From assembly GCA_965249275.1 (NCBI GenBank), contig CBDFLQ010000005.1, positions 195,030 through 259,029 on the forward strand: a stretch of 64,000 nucleotides of DNA, read 5' to 3'. This stretch comes from Dehalococcoidia bacterium (GTDB lineage Bacteria > Chloroflexota > Dehalococcoidia > Plut-88900). The notes below the pieces were generated by a model, which did no database searches, was not told where the DNA came from, and saw nothing but the letters and a program-made list of their open reading frames with translations. Positions 53,747-63,279 of this stretch are shown here, piece after piece. Every line of letters begins with the position of its first letter. Position 1 is the first letter of the stretch. The position numbers and the translations under genes were made by a program.

Positions 53747-54175
53747 CTAGCCTTTGGAAGGAAGAGCCACGGTGGCCTTGCCGGGGGTGGTGGCTTTGCC
53801 TTCGTTGTTCTCACCCCAGATCTCGCACTCTACAAGATTCTCGCCGCCTTCGACTGACTTACCGACGACCTTCCCCTTGATGTACATGGGTACGCCGGGG
53901 ACGTCCATGCCTCGGTACTGGCAGCTGAGCTTCTTGAGCACGCCTTCATCGCCGATCCAGTCGGTTACGACCTGGCCGAGCCATGCGTTCTTGAGAGCTC
54001 CGTGGATGATGGGGCCCGGGAGTTCGTTGCCGATTGCGTAGTCCTTGTCGTAGTGGATCTCGTAGAAGTCGCCCGATGCGCCGGCGTACTGGACCAGCTG
54101 CCGGGGGGTGGGGTTCTTCTCAAGGGTGGGGATTTCCATACCCTCGGTCACATCTTCAAAATAAACCTGTCCCAT
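53747..54175 (-). CDS. MaoC-family (R)-specific enoyl-CoA hydratase/dehydratase (HadB-like)
   Basis: 142-aa hotdog protein with hydratase motif YAGASGDFYEIHYD. Confidence 0.75.
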   Translation of the reverse strand: MGQVYFEDVTEGMEIPTLEKNPTPRQLVQYAGASGDFYEIHYDKDYAIGNELPGPIIHGALKNAWLGQVVTDWIGDEGVLKKLSCQYRGMDVPGVPMYIKGKVVGKSVEGGENLVECEIWGENNEGKATTPGKATVALPSKG

Positions 54176-54224
54176 GCTCTTTCCTCCTGGTGTTCAGCCT
54201 TGCCCTAGATAGGTCTTCGATATT

Positions 54225-54641
54225 CTAGTAGTAGATGCCCGTGTCACGGCGGGTAGCGACCATCTCCCCATCTTGGTTGGTGAAGGATATTTCCTTGACC
54301 TGGAAGGTCATCGTGCCCAGGCGGCCCTCTTTTTTGAAGACATTTGCAACCTTCGAAACTACGGTGATCTGGTCGCCGGGCTTGATAGCCTTGAAGTATT
54401 CGTACTCACTGCCACCGTCGAGCACCCGCTCATCGGGGTTACGGGGCTGGCTCTCGTCCTCATCACTGGGAATGAAGGCCCGGTTGAATGTAGGGGGGAC
54501 GGAGACGCCCTGCCAGAGGTGGTTATCGTCACCAATAGCCTCGGCAAACCGTTTAATGTGACCCTTCTCGACGTCGTAGGTAACTGGGGAAGTCGCCTTG
54601 CCCAAATCCTTGATCATACGCTCGTAAATGGCATCGCTCAT
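54225..54641 (-). CDS. MaoC N-terminal-like / UPF0336 hotdog protein (HadA/HadC-like)
   Basis: 138 aa with YDVEKGHIKRFAEAIGDDNHLW, characteristic of the non-catalytic hotdog partner. Confidence 0.65.
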   Translation of the reverse strand: MSDAIYERMIKDLGKATSPVTYDVEKGHIKRFAEAIGDDNHLWQGVSVPPTFNRAFIPSDEDESQPRNPDERVLDGGSEYEYFKAIKPGDQITVVSKVANVFKKEGRLGTMTFQVKEISFTNQDGEMVATRRDTGIYY

Positions 54642-54663
54642 TTTGGCAACCTCTCGAAAATGG

Positions 54664-55086
54664 CTAGTAACTAATGTTTACGGTCTTCTCGGTAGCGACC
54701 AGCTCACCGCGCTGGTTGACGAAGGAATTCTGCCGAGTCTCTATCAGCATGGCCCCCAGCCTGCCATGCTTCTCGCTAAAATCGATAATCTGCTGGGTGA
54801 CGGTGATGGTATCTCCGGGGCGGACAGGGACGGAATATTCCCACTCGCTGCCACCGTCCAAGCCTCGGGAGAAGGGCATTTCGAGCTCTTCCAGCTCGTT
54901 GGGGATGCACATACGGAGGAAGGTGGGTGGGGTCACCATATCCTCGCCGATCCATCTGGGGTTTGAGTCCCCAATGGCCTCCACGAACCGTTTCAAGTGC
55001 CCCTTCTCCACGTCATAGTGGGCAGGGGCGGAAGAGACGCCTACGGCGTTCTTCATCGCCTCAGAGATCAAGGGTTTATCTGTCAC
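54664..55086 (-). CDS. MaoC N-terminal-like / UPF0336 hotdog protein, paralog
   Basis: 140 aa with YDVEKGHLKRFVEAIGDSNPRW. Confidence 0.65.
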   Translation of the reverse strand: MTDKPLISEAMKNAVGVSSAPAHYDVEKGHLKRFVEAIGDSNPRWIGEDMVTPPTFLRMCIPNELEELEMPFSRGLDGGSEWEYSVPVRPGDTITVTQQIIDFSEKHGRLGAMLIETRQNSFVNQRGELVATEKTVNISY

Positions 55087-55245
55087 GTACTCCCCTAAGT
55101 GGGCCGAGAATCTTATACACTCAAGGCCGCCGGCGCGTCCCTCCGTTGCTTAGAATCCTCCAACGGTACATTGTAGGGCGCAAACCGGCGCGAAGTGTAC
55201 ATTACCGGTATTTTAGTGTCAAGATTTGGGGTAGTGGGCGGGTGG

Positions 55246-55284
55246 GGACACCGCCCCAGATTCCTCGCAGGGCATCGGAATGAC
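55246..55284 (-). repeat. divergent relative of the REP-like repeat
   Basis: The minus strand reads GTCATTCCGATGCCCTGCGAGGAATCTGGGGCGGTGTCC, with the same GTCAT..CCGA...CGAGGRATCT.GG frame as the 37-bp repeat. Confidence 0.5.
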
Positions 55285-55305
55285 AGGGGGAGGGGGTGGG
55301 TTATT

Positions 55306-55959
55306 CAGTTGTGTGGTTTCGGGTTCCGTTCTATTTGTTGGGGTGGTTGGCGATGGAAGACGCTGGCTGGACGCTGCCCCCGTTCCTGTGCTTCGGGTGC
55401 TCCGACGCCCTGGAGCAAGGCCGCCGGCCCGCTTTTGCCGCTGCTGCGGCCTGTGGCCCTGTATACGCTGGACGTGGGCAGGGACCATCAGGGCCACCAA
55501 GTCCGAGCCCGACTCCGGGGGGTTGGCTGCACCGCTATAGGGCGGCAAGGAGGCCCGTCCAGCGTCCGATGCCGGGCCTCTTGCAGGCGTAATGTGTCCA
55601 AGTTTGCCGGTGCGACCCGGAGCGCGTAGACCACCGGCTCCCGGCTTGATTAAGCGGACGGTGTACCGAGAGGGCCTCGGCGCCGGGCCTATCCGACCGC
55701 TATTCCGCTTGAAGGAGCGGCATCTCCGTTAGGAGCCTCACATGGAACGATAGCGAACCAGGGCGTCTTTCCATCGCCTGGGGGGTAGGGAAGGGTGCAC
55801 GGGACCCGTGGGGATGAGGAGATGGCGGCGTTTGCTTGAGCCGAGGCCGGGCAATGCCGACCTACGGGATGGGCTTGGACGTTGAGTCCTCGGGTGGGTC
55901 GGGTGGGCTTCCCTGGGTTTTTGGTTCCTCCTTGAGATAGTTAGGTTGGTGTTCGAACG
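55306..55959 (-). ncRNA. candidate large structured ncRNA (unclassified), copy B
   Basis: ~650 nt with no credible ORF. Shares end blocks and internal islands with copy A. Promoter at 55966-56009. Long-range helix 55349-55363 with 55763-55778. Ends are approximate. Confidence 0.6.
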
Positions 55960-55965
55960 GTGGGG

Positions 55966-56009
55966 ATAATAGCACGGATGTTCATAACGGGTCAAGGGGT
56001 TGATGTCAC
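55966..56009 (-). promoter_or_regulatory. conserved promoter module, copy B (TTGACC-18-TATTAT)
   Basis: The minus strand reads GTGACATCAACCCCTTGACCCGTTATGAACATCCGTGCTATTAT. Confidence 0.7.
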
Positions 56010-56092
56010 ACTTTGAGGGGTGGGGAATGTAGAATACTGGGAGTAAGCGCGCGGCCGGTCTGGTGGCGTGCCGCCAGACCGAAGGAGATAAA

Positions 56093-56764
56093 TTGAAAGA
56101 AAGATTCAGCGATCATTTAAGGAGTCTAGGCAGCTCGATCTGGGAGGCCCAGCATAACCATCCATTTGTCACGGGGGTCGGGGACGGGACCCTGGAGATT
56201 GAAAGGTTGAAGTTCTGGGTGCGGCAGGACTACTTGTACCTGATCGACTATGCCAGAGTCTATAACCTGGCCGCGTCCAAGGCCCCGGACCCCGAGCTTT
56301 CCGGCTGGCTCACCTTCCACGCCGACTTCACTCTAAACAAAGAGATGGCCCTGCATCGCTCCTACGCCCGTGACTTCGGAATAGGGGAGGAGGAGCTGGT
56401 GGCCGAGCAGAAGTCTCCAACATGCCAGGCATACACGGACTTCCTGATGCGTACGGCCGCCGTCGAACCCTTCGAGGCGATCATTGCTGCTCTTCTCCCC
56501 TGTTTCTGGGGCTACTACGAGATGGGCAAGTCCCTGGAAGAGCGTGGGTCTCCTGACAACGAGCTATATGTGAGGTGGATAGAGCAGTACACGGACCCAG
56601 GATACGGTGAGGAGGTGCGGAAATGCCGGGAGTTGACGGACCGGCTGGGCAAGGAAGCGTCCGCATCAACGGTAGCCCTGATGGAAGAGGCATTCGTGAC
56701 CAGCAGCCGGTACGAATACCTATTCTGGGAGATGTGCTACAGTATGGAAAGATGGCCGGTGTAA
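56093..56764 (+). CDS. tenA: TenA-family aminopyrimidine aminohydrolase (thiaminase II)
   Basis: Start set at the TTG at 56093, preceded by GAAGGAG. HPFVTGVGDGTLEIERLKFWVRQDYLYL and C-terminal YEYLFWEM are typical TenA. Confidence 0.8.
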   Translation: MKERFSDHLRSLGSSIWEAQHNHPFVTGVGDGTLEIERLKFWVRQDYLYLIDYARVYNLAASKAPDPELSGWLTFHADFTLNKEMALHRSYARDFGIGEEELVAEQKSPTCQAYTDFLMRTAAVEPFEAIIAALLPCFWGYYEMGKSLEERGSPDNELYVRWIEQYTDPGYGEEVRKCRELTDRLGKEASASTVALMEEAFVTSSRYEYLFWEMCYSMERWPV

Positions 56765-56765
56765 A

Positions 56766-58565
56766 TTACAGGCCATCGGCCGTGGGCAGGGTCCGGACGA
56801 TGGGTGTGTACCAGTAGGTCTGCCGCATCCGCACCATGTCCTTGACCCTGCCGGAGGTCGTAGGTCTATCTACGCCGGGGCTCTGAAGCGTCGACACGGT
56901 GAGCGTTACCACCTCCGGGCGGTCCTCCGAGGCTACAGCCTCTCGGCGGAGCCCACCGTCGCCTTGCTTGTCGAACACACCGCTCCGACCTATGTAATCG
57001 CCTCCGCACCGGTTGGCGAAAGCGACGAAGGCATTGTTCTCCTCGCTGCGGGAGCGGAGCAGGTGCCAATGCACATCATTGGCTTCCCTGAGGATGGGCT
57101 CTTCAAATGGAACATCAGTGGACCCCAGGCTCGTTACCCGGGGATATTTGAGGGCCGCAGGCACGCATATCAAATCGGCGCCCTTGACGCCGAAGGCCCT
57201 CGCCGCCTCTGGGAACATGGCGTCGTGCCCCACCATCAACCCAACCCGACCAGCAGGGACATCGAACACGGGGAACCCGCCGTCTCCAGGCGAGGCCCAT
57301 GCTCGGTCATCCATCGACAGGTGCACCTTACGGTAGTTTCCAACCAGTCCTTCCGGGCCGACCAGCAAGGCCGTGTTGTACATGCGCCCCGAGTCCCGCT
57401 CGACGACGCTGGTTACCACAAAGGCGTCGTTGTCTCGGGCCAATGCGGTCAGCAGCTTCACCGAATCACTATCACGTAGAACTTCTGCCAGGGTGCGGGC
57501 CTGGGACTCAGTGGTTACAGGGCCGGATAGAGCGAGTTCAGGCAACACCAGGACTTCGAAGGGCGTGTCCAGGCCGTCAATCATTTGCCGGAGTGCTGCG
57601 AGGGTCTCCTTCCGAGTTCCCAGACTCCCTTCCATCTGGCAGACGGCGATAGTGGACTCCTTCCCTGCCGGAAGTCCATCCTGCCCGTAGAGGCTGAAAT
57701 ATTCGTCGGGGTTGAATAGGTAGGTGTTGAGGACCGAGTCGGAGTAGTGAGTCGGGCGCCGTTCGAGCAGCTTGTCTCCGGTCTCGTTGGCAGCGAACTT
57801 CTTGTCCCGGGCCTTGGCAATATCGATGTATCCATAAACGATTCCGTTCCCCGTGTCCCGGTAGGACTGTATGGCTCCGTCGGGGTCGATGACGGCGCTG
57901 CCCCCGGAGAACTCCACCGTGCGTTCGTTGCCCCAGCGGTCGGCGGCCACGAGGTAGACTCCGTTTTCAAAGGCGCGGGTTATCCAGGCCGGGGCGGGCG
58001 CCTTTTCGAGAAGCCAGTTGGTGGGAAAGCAGATCACGTCGGCGCCGCGCAAGGCGAGAACTCGCGCCGTTTCCGGGAAGGATGCATCCATGCAGATGAG
58101 ACCGCCCAGGTTTCCGAGCTCCGTCCGAAATACAGGTAAATCCAGGTCCCCGTCCTTGGCCCAGGTGTTTTCGGAGATGAAGGAGTGGGTCTTGCGGTAC
58201 TTTCCGACCACACCCTCCGGCCCGACCAACGCCAGCGAGTTGTAGTAGATGTCCGTCTCGGGGTCGACTTCCGGCATGCCTACTACGATGTAGCAGCCGT
58301 ACCGAGCCGCCAGTTCCCCGAACCTCGCCGTCGTGGGGCCGGGAATGGGCTCGACGTAGGGGGCGATCTCAGCGCGGTCGAAGAAGCAATAAGCGGTTGT
58401 GGCCATTTCGACGAGTACGATGAGCTTGGCGTCGTTCTTCGCTGCCTCTTCCACCATCTCCAATTGCTCCAGCAGATTTCTCTCCTTTTCGAATAGGGTG
58501 GGGGCGTACTGGATGGCGGCGGCTTTGTAGACCGGGGTCTGGGGGAGGGGCTGATTATTGGGCAT
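56766..58565 (-). CDS. protein with two tandem carbon-nitrogen hydrolase (nitrilase-superfamily) domains
   Basis: 599 aa. The first domain has KLIVLVEM...GGLICMDASFPE; the second has EVLVLPEL...VGLMVGHDAMFPE (Cys replaced in the second). Confidence 0.7.
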   Translation of the reverse strand: MPNNQPLPQTPVYKAAAIQYAPTLFEKERNLLEQLEMVEEAAKNDAKLIVLVEMATTAYCFFDRAEIAPYVEPIPGPTTARFGELAARYGCYIVVGMPEVDPETDIYYNSLALVGPEGVVGKYRKTHSFISENTWAKDGDLDLPVFRTELGNLGGLICMDASFPETARVLALRGADVICFPTNWLLEKAPAPAWITRAFENGVYLVAADRWGNERTVEFSGGSAVIDPDGAIQSYRDTGNGIVYGYIDIAKARDKKFAANETGDKLLERRPTHYSDSVLNTYLFNPDEYFSLYGQDGLPAGKESTIAVCQMEGSLGTRKETLAALRQMIDGLDTPFEVLVLPELALSGPVTTESQARTLAEVLRDSDSVKLLTALARDNDAFVVTSVVERDSGRMYNTALLVGPEGLVGNYRKVHLSMDDRAWASPGDGGFPVFDVPAGRVGLMVGHDAMFPEAARAFGVKGADLICVPAALKYPRVTSLGSTDVPFEEPILREANDVHWHLLRSRSEENNAFVAFANRCGGDYIGRSGVFDKQGDGGLRREAVASEDRPEVVTLTVSTLQSPGVDRPTTSGRVKDMVRMRQTYWYTPIVRTLPTADGL

Positions 58566-58638
58566 TGGGATGCTCCTGGCGGTTAGGGGATCGATGAGAG
58601 GCGATGTACGCGATTATTGTATCCGAGAATGCTACAGG

Positions 58639-60510
58639 CTAGCGGATAGGGCTGGGGATGTTGCCACAGGAAACCGGCGGGTCACTCACCTGATCCGTGC
58701 CGCTCACGACTACAACGTAGGACGGGCTAAACTGGAAGAACTGAGCGGGTGTGTCCACCATACTTATGGACTTGCCGTCAACGATGTCAAAAAGGAGATA
58801 CTCGAACTGGCCGCTGGGCTCCCCACCTTCGGAGGGGCAGCTGCCCCGGCGGATGGCAGCGGCGAAGGGCCCGGGGCCCGCATCATGGAGGGTGACCGTG
58901 ACCCTGGTCCACCAGTGGATCTGGACAAGGTGCAGGGCACCGTTCAGGCCCCCCTCTCCCACGGCGACCATGTCCGCGGAGCTTGCCGTTTTAGCTATTC
59001 TCTCGTCGCCCGTCCATTCCTCGGGGAGGGGCGGTGCGGCGCACAGTTGCAGGCCGGCGGCCTGAAAGTCTCTATCCGGGATATCCGCCAAATCATGGGG
59101 GATGCATCCCGTAAAGCGATTACCGCTGAGGGACAGCGACTGCATATGGGAGAGGCGGCCCAGTTCCGACGGTATCTCTCCGCTTAAGTGGTTATTGTCA
59201 AGGTTTAATCCAGCGAGGTAGGCAAGACTACCCAATTGCGGTGGTATCTCTCCGCTCAAATCATTCTCGCTGAGGTTCAGCCACTCCAGGTTGGAGAGGC
59301 GGCCCAGTTCCGACGGTATCTCTCCGCTCAACTCGTTCCCGTTGAAGGACAGCCACCTCAGGAGGGAGAGGCGACCCAGTTCCGACGGTATCTCCCCGCT
59401 CAACTCGTTCCCGAAGAGGGAGAGCGATTGCAGTTTGGAGAGAGTCCCCAGTTCCGGTGGTATTTCTCCACTCAACTCGTTCCTGCTAAGGTGCAGCCGC
59501 TCCAGGCGGGAGAGACTGCCCAGTTCCGGCGGTATTTCTCCACTCAACTCGTTCCTGTGTAGATCCAGCCGCTCCAGGCGGGAGAGGCGACCCAGTTCCG
59601 ACGGTATCTCTCCACTCAACTTGTTCCCGTGGAGGTACAGCGATTGCAGATTGGAGGGGCCTCCCAGTTCCGGTGGTATCCCTCCGCTCAACTTGTTCGT
59701 GTGGAGGCCCAGCCCTTGCAGATTGGAGAGGCCACCGAGTTCAGACGGTATTTCTCCGCTCAACTCGTTCTCGCTGAGGGACAGCGATTGTAGATTGGAG
59801 AGAGCCCCCAGTTCCGGCGGTATTTCTCCGCTCAACTCGTTCTCGCTGAGGGACAGCACCCTCAGTAGGGAGAGGCGGCCCAGTTCCGACGGTATCTCCC
59901 CACTCAACTTGTTCGTGTGGAGGCCCAGCGATTGCAGATTAGGGAGACCCCCGAGTTCCGACGGTATCTCCCCGCTCAAATGGTTCCTGCTGAGGTCCAG
60001 CAATTGCAGATTGGAAAGACTGCCTAGCTCCAGTGGTATTTTCCCTCTCATCCCATTAAGAAAAAAGTCCATCTCAGTGATGCGGCCGCTTTCATCGGTG
60101 GTGATTCCAGACCATTGGCCGATAGGCGCATCGGTCAGCCAGTTATTGTTATCGCGCCAGTTCTGGCCGTTAGTGGCGTGATAGAGGGCAACTAGGGCCT
60201 CCCTGTCGGTGGCTGGGGATTGGGCCGGGACAGGGATGGGTGTTGGGGTCGGTGTAGGCGTGGGAGTTGAAGCAGGTGTCGGGACTGGCGTAGACGTGGG
60301 AGCAGGGGCAAGCGTTGGGGTAGGTGTAGGCATGGGAGTTGGGGCAGGCGTTGGGGCAGGCGTTGGGGTTGACGTAGGCATGGGAGCAGGGGTAAGCGTT
60401 GGGGACGGTGACAGTGTGGGCGTCGGGGTTGACGCATCGGAACAGGCGGAGACCAATATCAAAAGGAGTATTGCGGTTGCACTGAGCGGTCCTAAGATCG
60501 GCGCTGGCAT
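58639..60510 (-). CDS. secreted leucine-rich-repeat protein (about 14 plant-type 24-residue LRRs)
   Basis: Signal peptide, PT linker, cap [37 protein letters not shown], then repeats of the form [24 protein letters not shown]. C-terminal ~150-aa domain unassigned. Confidence 0.8.
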   Translation of the reverse strand: MPAPILGPLSATAILLLILVSACSDASTPTPTLSPSPTLTPAPMPTSTPTPAPTPAPTPMPTPTPTLAPAPTSTPVPTPASTPTPTPTPTPIPVPAQSPATDREALVALYHATNGQNWRDNNNWLTDAPIGQWSGITTDESGRITEMDFFLNGMRGKIPLELGSLSNLQLLDLSRNHLSGEIPSELGGLPNLQSLGLHTNKLSGEIPSELGRLSLLRVLSLSENELSGEIPPELGALSNLQSLSLSENELSGEIPSELGGLSNLQGLGLHTNKLSGGIPPELGGPSNLQSLYLHGNKLSGEIPSELGRLSRLERLDLHRNELSGEIPPELGSLSRLERLHLSRNELSGEIPPELGTLSKLQSLSLFGNELSGEIPSELGRLSLLRWLSFNGNELSGEIPSELGRLSNLEWLNLSENDLSGEIPPQLGSLAYLAGLNLDNNHLSGEIPSELGRLSHMQSLSLSGNRFTGCIPHDLADIPDRDFQAAGLQLCAAPPLPEEWTGDERIAKTASSADMVAVGEGGLNGALHLVQIHWWTRVTVTLHDAGPGPFAAAIRRGSCPSEGGEPSGQFEYLLFDIVDGKSISMVDTPAQFFQFSPSYVVVVSGTDQVSDPPVSCGNIPSPIR

Positions 60511-60755
60511 TCCCCACCTCCAGCAAACGGGCCATCCATGGATTCTGGCGCTATCAGCTTACCTTCTGTAACGACATGACAGGGCATTTCGTTCCTGTGG
60601 TGTGAGGCCCGTCACGGCTCGTTCGGCTCACCACGAACGGATTCTCGTTGAGGGTAGGCGCCGGGGGACAGAGTGTCCAGGGTAGAGTCGGGATATATAC
60701 TATCACTGATCCCAAGGGATGGTGGCCTGAAACATTGGATTTGAAGGGAAAGGGC

Positions 60756-61169
60756 ATGGCTGAGACAGTAGCGATACCTGCTAGAAAAGAGTTCCCGAGG
60801 ATTCTGCAACACACCCTGGAGCTTACGGGCAAAAAGGTGTCGGCGGAGAGTGTCGGGAAGCTCTACAAGATATTCAAGACGCTGCGCTGGGATTTCCCGG
60901 ACTACGAGATGTCGGCGTACACGGTGCTGGACGCTGAAGGCGCTTTCGGGTATGCAGAGTCGATTGAGGGAGCGCCGGACGCACGGATAACTATGGACGC
61001 GGAGCGGCTGCACCAGGTGGTCTATGGTCGGGGGAACATGGCAAAGATGTTCCTTTCGGGGCAGATCAAGCTGAAGGGTGTGCCGATGTACAAACTGATG
61101 AGGTTCGTTCCCTTGCTGGGGCCTTTTCTGGACAGCTACCGGGAGGCGTGCGAGGAGGCATCCAGGTAA
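60756..61169 (+). CDS. SCP2 sterol-carrier-like domain protein
   Basis: Start set at MAETVAIP (60756). ...ITMDAERLHQVVYGRGNMAKMFLSGQIKLKGVPMYKLMRF is the SCP2 C-terminal signature. Confidence 0.7.
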   Translation: MAETVAIPARKEFPRILQHTLELTGKKVSAESVGKLYKIFKTLRWDFPDYEMSAYTVLDAEGAFGYAESIEGAPDARITMDAERLHQVVYGRGNMAKMFLSGQIKLKGVPMYKLMRFVPLLGPFLDSYREACEEASR

Positions 61170-61258
61170 TGTTAATCTAGCCGCACCCTGTGGACAGTCA
61201 ACGAGGGCAGGCCATATAATGAGCCATCCTCATCGGTGACGGCGGTGCCCCAACTACA

Positions 61259-62152
61259 ATGACAGAAGCCTCTACTAAACACGTCTCGACTTCCAGCACC
61301 CCTGCCAAAGCATCCGTGGCCGATGACCACCACGAGATCCCCCGACTCACCGTCGGGGAGATGGGCAGCCTGACCCAGACCATCCGCCGCCACATCGTTC
61401 GTATGACCGCGGCTGCGGGAAGCGGCCACCCCGGCGGCTCTCTATCGTCGGTCGAAATACTGACAAGCCTCTATTTCAAAGTTCTGCGGCACGATCCTCG
61501 GGACCCGGACTGGCCGGGACGCGACAGATTCATCCTGAGCAAGGGCCACTGCACCCCGGTCCTCTATTCCACACTGGCTGAAGCGGGATACTTCCCCGTA
61601 GAGGAACTGGCGACCTTCCGGCAGGTGGACAGCCGACTGCATGGCCATTGCCACAACACCACGCCGGGCGTCGAGCAGTGCTCGGGGTCCCTGGGGCAAG
61701 GGCTCTCAGTAGGGGTGGGGATAGCGTTGGCTGGACGGCTGGACAACAGCCCGCACAACGTCTACGTGCTACTAGGGGATGGGGAATGTGACGAGGGACA
61801 GATATGGGAAGCGGCCATGGCTGCCTCGCACTTCGGGCTGGACAACATTACGGTCATAGTAGACCGGAACGGCATCCAGAACGACCGGTGGACTCACGAG
61901 GTCATGAACCTGGAGCCCTTGTCCGACAAATGGCGGGCATTCGGTTGGGACGTGCATGAGGTTAACGGACACGATCTTGGCCAGATGATGGAGGCCTTAA
62001 GCAACGCTTCGCAAAGGGACGGGCAACGGCACGCCATCATAGCTGCTACGGTGAAGGGTAAGGGCGTCAGCTTCATGGAGAACAACCCCGCCTTCCACGG
62101 TAAATCTCCCAACCCTGACGAGCTGCGGCTCGCGCTTGAGGAGCTGGCCTGA
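61259..62152 (+). CDS. transketolase, N-terminal (TPP/PP-domain) subunit
   Basis: GSGHPGGSLS, SKGHC and LLGDGECDEGQIWEA motifs. Split-type transketolase. Confidence 0.85.
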   Translation: MTEASTKHVSTSSTPAKASVADDHHEIPRLTVGEMGSLTQTIRRHIVRMTAAAGSGHPGGSLSSVEILTSLYFKVLRHDPRDPDWPGRDRFILSKGHCTPVLYSTLAEAGYFPVEELATFRQVDSRLHGHCHNTTPGVEQCSGSLGQGLSVGVGIALAGRLDNSPHNVYVLLGDGECDEGQIWEAAMAASHFGLDNITVIVDRNGIQNDRWTHEVMNLEPLSDKWRAFGWDVHEVNGHDLGQMMEALSNASQRDGQRHAIIAATVKGKGVSFMENNPAFHGKSPNPDELRLALEELA

Positions 62153-63104
62153 CACCTTGGTTACGAAAGTCGCCACCCGGGAAGCATTTGGCAAGACCTT
62201 AGTCGAACTGGGGCATGGCAACCCAAATATAGTCGTCATCGGCGGGGACCTGAACAAGTCCACCATGACCACTCTCTTCGCTAAGGAGTTCCCGGACAGG
62301 TTCTTCGACTGCGGGGCGGCAGAGCAGAACATGATGGGGATCGCCTCGGGGCTGGCGGCTTCCGGGAAAATCCCGTTTGCGAGCACCTTCGCTGTGTTTG
62401 GCTCGGGGCGGCCTTTCGACCAGATTAGGATATCGATAGCCCAGGCGCGGGCCAATGTGAAGATAGTAGTGACTCACGCCGGGATTATCACGGGCCCAGA
62501 CGGTATGTCGGCGCACGGGATTGAGGATTTAGCCCTGATGTGTTCCCTGGTGGGGTTCACGGTGGTCGTGCCCGCCGATGCGGCGGAGACAGTGCAGGCG
62601 GTGCGAGCCATGGCCGATATGGACGGGCCCTGCTACCTGCGGCTCAGTCGCCCTGCGACGCCCATAGTCTGCCCGGAAGACTACCAGTTCCAAATCGGCA
62701 AGGCGACGGTATTCAGGCCGGGGAACGACGTCACCATCATGGCCACGGGCATAATGGTGGCAATGGCCCTGGAAGCTGCAGAGAACTTGGCCCGGGAATC
62801 CATCAAGGCCCGAGTACTTAACGTGTCGACGCTCAAGCCGTTTGATTTGGAGACGGTGGTGCAGTGTGCTCGGGAGACGGGGGCGGTTGTGACGGCGGAA
62901 GAGCACCTGAGGCACGGGGGTCTGGGAAGTATTGTGGCCGAGGCGTTGGGGGAGCACTGCCCCGTGCCCATGTCCGTTGTGGCAATCGACGATGTCTACA
63001 GCCCTTCCGGGGAGGCAGAGGAGCTATTGAAAATGCGGGGCCTTACCCCCGAACGGATAGCTGACGCGGCCAAAAGCGTAGTTACAAGAAGGAAATCGCT
63101 CTAG
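62136..63104 (+). CDS. transketolase, C-terminal (Pyr + C-domain) subunit
   Basis: ATREAFGKTLVELG, FFDCGAAEQNMMGIA and HAGIITGPDGMSAHGIEDLA. Exact start unclear; the ORF overlaps the upstream stop. Confidence 0.8.
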   Translation: MRSWPDTLVTKVATREAFGKTLVELGHGNPNIVVIGGDLNKSTMTTLFAKEFPDRFFDCGAAEQNMMGIASGLAASGKIPFASTFAVFGSGRPFDQIRISIAQARANVKIVVTHAGIITGPDGMSAHGIEDLALMCSLVGFTVVVPADAAETVQAVRAMADMDGPCYLRLSRPATPIVCPEDYQFQIGKATVFRPGNDVTIMATGIMVAMALEAAENLARESIKARVLNVSTLKPFDLETVVQCARETGAVVTAEEHLRHGGLGSIVAEALGEHCPVPMSVVAIDDVYSPSGEAEELLKMRGLTPERIADAAKSVVTRRKSL

Positions 63105-63279
63105 CTAAACAATAATCTTGGAAAAGAACAACTCAGGGAATGTGGGGACGCAGTGTAGGGTAGATGATGCTTCATGTTGGGAGAGGAGGGCAGTGTATGG
63201 AAGTCTATCGGCCAGAGGGGAGTAAGTAGGGACCGTGAGCACGGGAGACTGGCTTACGGTCAGATGGGGAGGGAGTCGA

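Noticed and set aside
56010-56092. Possible TPP riboswitch upstream of tenA (GGGGTG...CTGGGAG...GGTCTGG...GCCAGACC)
   Set aside because: The near-invariant CUGAGA and ACCC...GAUCUGGAUAAUGCCAGCG elements are not matched. Only ~80 nt are available. The strong hairpin CGGTCTGG...CCAGACCG may simply be a leader structure. It needs cmsearch with RF00059 to settle.
59080-60080. Regular 72-bp repeats, and the PT/TP microrepeats at 3100-3260, 41760-42200 and 60230-60420, considered as a possible CRISPR or non-coding satellite
   Set aside because: All are in frame inside long ORFs and translate to LRR units or Pro/Thr linkers. There are no unique spacers of constant length and no cas genes.
59291-60181. 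296-aa plus-strand ORF with repeated ISPLNSF units
   Set aside because: It is the antisense mirror of the LRR repeats. Its periodicity derives from the minus-strand gene, which has a signal peptide, cap and canonical LRR consensus.
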